64,000 bases of DNA from Lingula anatina (lineage: Eukaryota; Animalia; Brachiopoda), in contig CM120644.1 of assembly GCA_051362555.1 (NCBI GenBank), positions 17,444,534 through 17,508,533 on the forward strand, given 5' to 3'. A program made the position numbers and the translations under genes. Positions 55,275 through 64,000 of the stretch are shown piece by piece (the first letter of the stretch is position 1; the number at the start of each line of letters is the position of its first letter). The notes under the pieces were generated by a model, which had not been told where the DNA came from, searched no databases, and saw only the letters and a list, made by a program, of their open reading frames with translations.

Positions 55275-55790
55275 GTTTATTTTCATTTTATTGTCAAAGC
55301 TCAGTTTATATTTTTTCTATAGCGAAATGATCGATTTCTGTTATTGTTGAGGAATGGCTTTCTGCTATTGCGGAACAATATGGAATGGCTTCAATAAAAA
55401 CCATTCAATAAATCTAACACAAACAAAACGTAACAATGGCTCCGAAATAACGTTACACAGTGGGGGTTGGTGCTATGTTAGTTGCTGGAAAACATAATGG
55501 AACAGTGCCTGGACGTACCCCCTCGGAGCAAGGAAGTATTGAGATAAAAAGATTAGGCCAGATTAAAAAGTGGTGTCCAAACGTCAGCAAGGTAAGTGCT
55601 AGATTAAAAATAATTAAATTAAAATGATAACTACATGTATACTTAGACAATCTAATCAAGTATTTCATATGACAGACTGGCATTTCATAACTCAAAATGG
55701 GGTTTCTAGACATTCTACCGAGGGATCGGACCGAACAGCGCCCCGTCTATACAACATTGGTCAAAAAGGTTGTTCCACCACTAATTCCAC
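55275..55790 (+). promoter_or_regulatory. Conserved non-coding block upstream of LRR paralog 2 with a candidate 5'UTR exon (donor at 55591/55592)
   Basis: Homologous to 63230-63700. The donor AAG|GTAAGT here is conserved as AAG|GTGAGT at 63511/63512. The acceptor before the LRR ATG needs an upstream exon. Confidence 0.5.
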
Positions 55791-57625
55791 GTGCTTTTAT
55801 TTACAAATGATCACCTCGCAGGTGTAAATTGTCTTAGACAGTGCTTTTTTATTCCAGATAACATATGTAACATCAAAAATGATAAAGAAAAAAAAATACA
55901 TGTAGTGGTGAAAATTTTCACATCTTATACCATTTTTCCAAATTTATAACCTAGCTGTACCCTTTCAGATCTAATGTTTCACTATGATTTCCACTTGTAT
56001 ACTTCCCCACGGGATATCTATTCAGTGTCTATTAGCGGATTAGACGGCAAACTTTGTAGTAGGTCGCCATATTTGACCTTCGGACTAGTTATTCCCCTAT
56101 TCTAAATGGGACCATAGGCCAGGCCACCAGTGCCGCTGAGTGCAGCATCAGAATCCTCAGAAAAAAACATATTTTTTGTTCAGAATGTAAAAATGTTATT
56201 CCGGTAAACGTAGGATATATATATTAAACCAACAATGAGACATTAAAAACCCAAAATGCTGATTTTTGGTCCTATTTGAGCACATCCCCACCTTAAACGA
56301 ATTTTAACCGTGTTTTATAAACGGTGTTTGGCACTAACAAGGGGTTAAATATACTAAATGGTCGGTTAAATGTTTAGGAATAATCAATTCATTTTCAAAT
56401 ACCAAAACGCTACATCCCACAGGGCCAGGGCTGTACAAGAGTGACTTTACCAGCATTCCCACTAAATTCCCTACTGGATCCTACATGACCTAGCAGGGTA
56501 CCTAGCCGCCCCAGTATGTGCTATATTCAAGACGGGAGCATGTAAGATTATATTCCCAGAGCTGCCCTATGATGGGGCACTTGAAACATGTAAACTTATC
56601 ACTCTTGCTTGTAGAAGAAATGAACTATCTAAAACATTTTTGCATAACATTTACTCCAAAGGACACAAGATCCATCATTCACCACCAGAGATAAATGAAA
56701 GTTCCTACACTTAGCGCCGGGTTTATAAGTACACTGTGCCAAAACTGAGGACTGTACGATCGTTAAAAACTTTTATCTCATGGGCTTTATCAAATTTTAA
56801 GAACTTAGGCTTTTATGAACTTTTAATGTGTATCGAATCATTTTAACACTTACGAGTATATTTTAAGATTGTGCATCTCACCGCTATTTGTTTTTATTGT
56901 AAAATCCAACTTTTTAAGTTGCAAATAAATACATATTATTATTATTATTAGCATAGCATCAACAAGATGGACTGGCGTGCCTAATCACCAGACGCTAACG
57001 ATGCCCACCTACTTCAATGCAAACCTGTAGAATGCGACTGGAAATCAAGTGGCAAAGGAGCGCCCCTATACCAGAAACTCTCTAATCCAAAATTTCTTAA
57101 AGGCCTGTGCCAACGTAGCCCCCAGAAGATTACTGAACCATTAACAGTATATCTCAAGAAGGATGCTGGTTTTATTGAAATCATGTGCCTGTCCTATAAA
57201 TATTAATAATGGCATAGTAACAAGCGTTATATAAGGGCAAAACATTAGTCTGTAAACCTCTAGCCTGTTTTCAATATGACGTTCATTGAAAGCCTAACAA
57301 ACTCAGCTGTTTTTCGTCTTCAGACAAAATGGTGCAATACGTTTGTCACCCCCTGTATCTGACGTGATATGGAGGGCACAGGGCTGGAGATTTTTTTGTA
57401 CATTTATCTAGTTTAGATCTACATGTTTACATGTACTGTTTTTTTTTTCTTTTTTAGACCCTCTGTGCCCACCCCCTGGAGTCGCTGTCGCCAAGGAGCC
57501 ATTTTCACATTTTGATAATTTACATGTACACACTGGCATTCTGGACGTTCGCACCTTGTTCCACTGCTTTGTGCATAACCTTGAAGTACCCCCCCCCCCC
57601 CCCGAGACAACGCCCTAATACTGAA

Positions 57626-57661
<36 letters not shown>

Positions 57662-57766
57662 TTGTTCCTTGCATACTATTTTCAGATAACTGTATCATTC
57701 TGCTTATTATACAATGTTTGTCAGACCAATCTTCGAGAATTGTAATTTTTTCTAATTTCTTTCCAG

Positions 57767-59506
57767 ATGTATCTTACATTCTGGTCTCTGTTGCTGTATC
57801 TTACGGCAACTGTCGCTGTATCCACAGTACAGGCAAGGTGTCCATTTATTCCTAAATGCGAAGCGTGTTATGTAAGCACATACGGAGATACGAGGGAGCA
57901 GGATTTGTGGACGGTGATGTGCAGGAGTTCTCTCTGGTATTCGGAAAGTTGTTTTAGTTTGTGTCCTGGATTAAGATATTTGAACGCGACAGTGGAGCTT
58001 CTGGATTTCAGCGACAGTTACGTATCATTTGCCGACTGTTCAAATCACCCTACATGCCAGTTTCAAAGCAGTGACATGCCTTCCGTGTTGGAAATAGACA
58101 TGTCCTACGCACGCGTAGAATATCTCCCAAGCTTTCTGAACATTTTGAAAAACAGTGTTCGGACAATAAAACTTAAGCGTACAAGAGTAGATGAAGAATA
58201 TCTTACTATTTCGAGGTATCCAATGTTAAGATATGCTGACTTGAGAGGCACATTTCCTGCACAACATAATGGTGTTATATCATTAGCTGGAGCTGCATAC
58301 CTGGAGACGCTGTACTTAGACAATAACCACCTGAGAAAGATACCTAATGAGATACGTAATATGACATCACTGAAACACCTGTCTCTGCAACATAACTTTT
58401 TAAACAGAACGGCTTTGGATAAGCCCGACATTTTCCCACTGACATTGGAGTCACTGGATTTAAGCTACAATGACTTTCGTTATGGTGCTGAATTTAGTTG
58501 GATGGATTCGGTAAATTTGCGGACCTTAAGACTGCGGAACACGTCTATCGGTTATAATAGCTATTACTTACCCAAAAGACTCGGGAACATGTCCAACCTG
58601 GAAATCCTGGATATAAGTACCAGTGAATTGAGAATGTATGCGTTGCATAACTTTGAAAAGTTTCCAGGATTGAGGGTTTTCAATATTTCCTTCAACAGAC
58701 TTCAAGAGGTGACTCCAGCAATTCAAAAATCACCCTTACTTCGTCAATTATACTTGCGATCAAACAATATAGGGTATGTAGCTCCTGAAACTTTTATCAA
58801 TATCCTTAATTTGTCCGTGTTGGACCTTGGAGGCAACAAAATTATTTTCTTGTCTCCCATTGCCTTCTCTGGCTTAGAGGAAAGTCTGGAGCGATTGTAC
58901 TTGGACAGAAACCAGTTGAAGATACTGGACAAATGTACCATATTACGTCTCGCGCGCTTGCGTAGACTGAGGATCGGCGGTAATCCGTTCCATTGTGACT
59001 GCAAAATAGCTTGGCTTCGTTCTTATCGCAATAGAGGAATAGATAATGATGTAGACAAGGCTTTCTGTAACAGTCCATTGGAATTGAAGGGGCTGGATGT
59101 CAGTGGCTTTTCGACAGAAGGTTGCACCCCCTCACAATTAGCTTTTGAGGACTGTTTTGAAACCATATCACCAACTTACAACGAACCTTTGACATCATTT
59201 ACAAGACAGGCCCTTGCCTCATCATATCTTGCAGTAGGATTCAGTGCCACCTGTCTTGCAATTATTGTCGTCTACATTATTGTCACTGGGTGTCGATTTT
59301 ATAGGCGATGTCGCGGTAAACAAAGCAAAGCGACCACTAAAAGTGAGAGGACCATGTCTGGGGTACAAGACACCAACTTCAGCGAAGTCGGGGAAATAGG
59401 GCCGTACCAAGAACTAGAGAGAGCCTCTCCTTACCAGAATGCTGCTGATGGAAACCGACCAACTGGTGATTCCTACGAAACTTTGAATCCACATACAGCA
59501 ATTTAA
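57767..59506 (+). CDS. LRR-transmembrane receptor paralog 2, 579 aa, single coding exon
   Basis: Signal peptide MYLTFWSLLLYLTATVAVSTVQA, Cys-rich N-cap, about a dozen LxxLxLxxNxL repeats, LRRCT GGNPFHCDCKIAWL...C, TM (LAVGFSATCLAIIVVYIIVTGC), basic stop-transfer and a ~70-aa tail without TIR. Splice acceptor ttttccag lies immediately before the ATG in both paralogs. Confidence 0.93.
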   Translation: MYLTFWSLLLYLTATVAVSTVQARCPFIPKCEACYVSTYGDTREQDLWTVMCRSSLWYSESCFSLCPGLRYLNATVELLDFSDSYVSFADCSNHPTCQFQSSDMPSVLEIDMSYARVEYLPSFLNILKNSVRTIKLKRTRVDEEYLTISRYPMLRYADLRGTFPAQHNGVISLAGAAYLETLYLDNNHLRKIPNEIRNMTSLKHLSLQHNFLNRTALDKPDIFPLTLESLDLSYNDFRYGAEFSWMDSVNLRTLRLRNTSIGYNSYYLPKRLGNMSNLEILDISTSELRMYALHNFEKFPGLRVFNISFNRLQEVTPAIQKSPLLRQLYLRSNNIGYVAPETFINILNLSVLDLGGNKIIFLSPIAFSGLEESLERLYLDRNQLKILDKCTILRLARLRRLRIGGNPFHCDCKIAWLRSYRNRGIDNDVDKAFCNSPLELKGLDVSGFSTEGCTPSQLAFEDCFETISPTYNEPLTSFTRQALASSYLAVGFSATCLAIIVVYIIVTGCRFYRRCRGKQSKATTKSERTMSGVQDTNFSEVGEIGPYQELERASPYQNAADGNRPTGDSYETLNPHTAI

Positions 59507-61107
59507 GAGAATTTTGGAGACGATAGCATAAAAAGGCAACGAAGTACCGTTCATGTAAATCAAAAATAAGGAACTAAGGATTTTAACCTCAATTATCTAA
59601 TTACTGGTAGGCAAAAGATACAAAACGTAGAAACACGAAAGGATTCTCATCTTGTTTAGACTTAGATTGAGCCCAATGCAATGTGTCTCCTCTTCCCATT
59701 TTTAAGAAGAGATGCACCCTACACCATACCAAAACAAAATGACAGATGGTGCTTTCGTCTTATTTGCTAACTGGCCCTTTAATGGAAACATGGAGGTGCC
59801 CACTATTATTTAATGCACTTGGCAAGCGTTTTGTAATTGATTCTGGTACAGTGTAATCTTCAACCGAGTCATTAATCCATAACTATAGCCAAATATTAAT
59901 GTTGCGCTTTACCAGGTGTTTTTATACTATTTTGCCTCCATTTAAAATAATCTTATACCCACCAATCAAAAAGAAAAAAGAAAAGACAGAAAAACTGGAA
60001 TTTTTTGTAATCTTTTAAATTTATTATTCAAGTAATCAATCTCAATATATAAATGTTATTGTACTGAATATACTGCCATGATAATATTATATAGCCAGAG
60101 GAAAAATGTGTTTTTTTTTTACATTTTCAAAGCATTTGATTATATTGCATTTCCATAAAAGTGGCAAAATATTTTGAAAACAGCGTTTCCTGTGGCCTAC
60201 AAATGTATGCGTTATTTGCATTTAAACATACGAGAAGTGGAATTATATAATATAAATAAAGTTGCTAACCTGTTTATGAAGATGGTGAGAATTTTCCTAA
60301 AACTTTAAAATAAAGAAATACATTTTAGGTTCAGGTACGGTCATTCTGGCGGAGACACCTAAGCAACCCTTCCTAATTTCGACTTAATTAAATGAAAAAT
60401 AGGAAGTTTCTTGTATGTAATTTGGCCATGAAGCTACCACTATGACCCACTATGACGGCTGGATTGACAAACTTAATTGTCCAGTTAATAAAGGCCAAAA
60501 TTTCCAGCACTCTGTTATTCCATTTCACACAAAAAGTACAACTTTTGGTGGTTTAGTTAAGCTTTGTTAGATCTTTTAAATTATGTTTGCAAGTGAGCAA
60601 TTTTATCTAATGTTTTTACTGCGTGCCTGTCTGTAAGCTAACATGACTAAATCCTCCATTTCTGACCATTGGCTGGTGATTAATTTTTTTGCCAACGTCT
60701 CCATTCCACCCGTTTTTGTTCACCCTATCACGCAGTGATTATTTATAGCTCTTTATTGTTTATTACACAGATTTTGGGTTTATAAGGTTATCATTTACCC
60801 AAGTACTTAGTTTATGTGACAAGAGCAAGCGCTTAATATTCGGTATACTTGATATTGTGTACAGTGTTTTCGAGCTGGCCCGCACTTACGGTCTACCCCC
60901 CTGTAGCTATGAGCCAAAGGCCAAAAAATCCAATTTGGCTGCACCCACCGTTGGGCAAAGGTTTCATGATTGATTTTTGTAGTTTAGAATCTGAATTTTT
61001 CATCTCTGCTTGTTTTTGACTTTAAAATTGTCCGTTTGTATCGGAGACACACAAAATGCAGGATATATTTATTTGCCATATGTAAATACGTAAAAAGTTG
61101 ATTTTAA

Positions 61108-61444
61108 AGGGATAACAACTGTTCATTGTTGCCAAAAATTGGATTCCTGGAGTAAAGGACAATTTTTGCTAACTTACCAATGGTAAATGAATCCATTCCA
61201 ACATTCGAAGTTGGTCCCTGTTTTTTTATAAAAAGTTTTGTTTTTTTTTTCAATATTTTCTTAAGAGATTATTACAGTGTGTTGCCATTTATGGAGGTCA
61301 CATGATGTGATGGATGGTACGGATTACAGAATAATTGTGTTAATCATTGTTTTGGTGATAAAATAGACGTTATTATATTTCTATGTGTCGCTTACAATGT
61401 AATTATTGTGAAATATGGATATCATACGAACAGTTGTTATCACT
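61108..61444. mobile_element. Kolobok-like MITE, diverged inverted relative of 28016-28350
   Basis: TTAA|AGGGATAACAACTGTTC ... GAACAGTTGTTATCACT|TTAA. Internal sequence aligns to the reverse complement of the 28-kb copy. Confidence 0.75.
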
Positions 61445-62849
61445 TTAAAGTTGATTAACAATTAAATATCATCATAATTTGCATTGGCCACAAGTACTTA
61501 GGCATTCTTCAATTTTTCAGGCATTTTACACTTTTCAAGATGGCGAATGAATCCAAAATGACAAATACCCTAATTTGAAAAAAAAAAAATTAATTAAAAA
61601 TAAGAAATATTTTACATACATGTTTTGATGGATTTGACTTAGTTAAATTCTTTACTTTCAATTTATTTCAGTTACTTTATCTTAAGATAGTATATTTGAA
61701 CACAGATACCTGTAATCCAAGATGACCACTACATAAAATGGGTTTCTTATTTTCATATGTCAACAAGTGTTTCTTACTATCAAGCATCGGAATACATAAT
61801 GAATGATTTATTGCACAAGTTATTGGATGAAATATATGAATGAATAAATTAAATTGTTTTGAGGTTTTGTTCAGGGTTGAAAAACCTAAAATGGCCGCAG
61901 ATTTCTGGATTATAGTGTATATATTACTAAAATATACAAGATGATCTCGAACCCGGAATAACTATAAGCAGAGAGAGAGAGAGAGAGAGGATTGAGTCAA
62001 GTCATACACTACATAGGCCCCTACTGCTTTTCTTGAATCTGTCACTGCACTGTAAAAACAATGTTTAACTTTTAATCACATATAACACTCGTTTAGCACC
62101 TAAACGCGTTTAGAAATAAGTGTGAAAGCTAAACACGTATAGCTTTTCAAGCTTCTCACAAAAGAAAAAGCTAGCAGTGTTACACGTTTAGCTATGTGTT
62201 TAACTTCACCGGTATATGATTCTACATGTATAATAAAGTTATCGCAAGGCTAATCTCATTGGCTAAAGACTTCCCGTGCTATGCGCGTGGAGCTGCTAAA
62301 CGCACCGAGCAGCCTCCTCGGATACGTAGTGGACTTCCTTGCAATAACTTGCAATAACAACCATCGATGACTGCCATTGGTGTTTTTCCACCAGTGTGGT
62401 TTCCACTTCAAATACTGACGCTGTTAATGACCCTATTCATTTAGACGCGGCACAAGCTTCTTCGTAGGCCTCTTCAGGATGTCTGTCAACTCTGTTTTGA
62501 CAAGTTAAGGGGTATAGGTAAAATCTTACCCCAATAAATAAAACCACGCGATTTCAGTGTTCTACCCAGAAACGGACATGGTCCCCGGCCAATTCATGAA
62601 ACAGCAAGATGACAATGTTTTGCTGTTAACAGTGGCTTCCCCCATGGGTCATCTGGTATTATAACCTGCTAAAACCAGTCTGGTGTTCACTAAGGGCCTT
62701 GAAAAAATGTGGTAATTTGCTCCTCATTCTGACTAGACTGGGTGGATTTGTTTGGCTGCAGCAGCATATCCGGAAGAACAGTGAGTCCTGTACACTGGTC
62801 GTAAGATTTCTTTACAATGGGTGTGGCCTCTGTGTAGTTACATCAGTCT

Positions 62850-62970
62850 GGGCATGACTCTTTAAAACTGTGCAGAGGGTTCCGTGTGACACAATAACCT
62901 GTCTGGCAATATCTGTCTTTTTCTCGCCATACTGACACAGATTAACAATTTGGTAAAACATTTTACGCAC
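62850..62970 (-). pseudogene. Degenerate pogo/Tigger (CENP-B-type) transposase N-terminal HTH fragment
   Basis: Peptide QIVNLCQYGEKKTDIARQVIVSHGTLCTVLKS resembles the psq-type HTH pattern G.K..DIAR..G+..STL.T+LK. Short and without recognisable TIRs. Confidence 0.4.
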
Positions 62971-63229
62971 TGCGACCGCCTGCGTGCAAAATTTCAAATT
63001 CTTCTATGCAGTAGTTGCCGACATATGGATACTTTTTGACAGAACCCTGCTTCGCCAAAGCCAAGCTTTGACCAGCCCAAAGGAGCACTACCCAATGAAA
63101 ACATTGCATATTACACAATGCAGCAGTGCAACAGTTATTGTAGTCAGTAATTTGGTAACGACACCTCTACTCTGACTTCACACTTCTCCACTCACACTTA
63201 ATATGTGATCTGAGTCTTTTGAAAAAAAT

Positions 63230-63700
63230 ATTTCATTTCATCGTCAAAACTCAGTTTATTTTTTTTTTCTACAACGATATGATTGTTTTTAATTATGTAA
63301 AATAATTGGGAATAGCTTCAATAAAATCCATCCAAAGTGTCAATGGCAACGGAAAGACGGTACACAGTGGGGCTTTGTGGTGTGTTACTTGTTGGAAAAC
63401 ATAATGGAACAGTGCCCGGATGTACCCCTTTGGAACGAGGAAGTATTGGGATATACCTGTAACCCCCTCTATTACACCTGACATAAAAGTGGTGCCCAAA
63501 CATCGGGAAAGGTGAGTGCTTAGTTAACAATCATTAATTTAAATGACAAGAATATGGCTTCTGTCAAAGACAATTCAGACTGTCTGAATCATTATTTTAT
63601 ACAACAGACTGGTATTTCATTGCCTAAAAAGGTTTTTTTGATTATCTACACAGAGATCGTACCGAACAAGGCCCCTTGCAGGACCATTGTTCTATCAAAG
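63230..63700 (+). promoter_or_regulatory. Paralogous upstream block, suggesting a third LRR gene beyond the window
   Basis: Colinear, diverged match to 55275-55790 in the same orientation, including the splice donor. Confidence 0.45.
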
Positions 63701-64000
63701 TGTCATATAATTTCCCCGTTAAATTGAAAATAGAAGTCTAAAATTGTTGAAAACTATCTCTGCAACATTGGTATATAGCCCTGTATACACTGTATATGTA
63801 AATACAGGTACATACTGTACATCATACACGTAATAAAATCATTCGCTGGTGTTATAAAATAAGCTACTTGCGGTGCATTTCAATAGTCGCACATTAAAGC
63901 CAAACAGTGTTTGCGCAACAGTCTACTAAGTAAATGCAGTCTATGTTCCAGGGTAAAAACCTGACGTCTCACATGTCAGATGTATAGAAATAATTCCTTT

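Overview
AT-rich, intron-containing animal DNA, probably a marine invertebrate; a lophotrochozoan such as a mollusc is an inference from the gene and repeat content. From left to right: (1) about 10 kb made of three decaying copies of a ~2.5-kb unit carrying exon-like pieces and interrupted by several MITEs, one holding a RecQ-helicase fragment. (2) A 14-coding-exon NRAMP/SLC11 metal transporter gene on the minus strand (19771-31188, ~569 aa), flanked and interrupted by five same-orientation Helentron-type (HINE) elements with ~161-bp internal arrays. (3) A 3-exon sarcoplasmic calcium-binding (EF-hand) protein gene with a presequence-like N-terminus. (4) A 6-exon SDR9C/retinol-dehydrogenase-like gene. 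(5) A tandem cluster of single-coding-exon LRR-transmembrane receptors with Tyr-motif and PDZ-ligand tails: one intact, one with a 1-bp frameshift, and a probable third starting at the right edge. The most unusual feature is at 29616-30116: the 3' 72 bp of the NRAMP exon encoding the DPGN metal-binding motif is tandemly amplified seven times. Each junction creates a consensus AG|GTGAGT donor, the frame stays open throughout, and all substitutions between copies are synonymous. Gene models were read by eye from GT-AG sites and phase, without transcript evidence.
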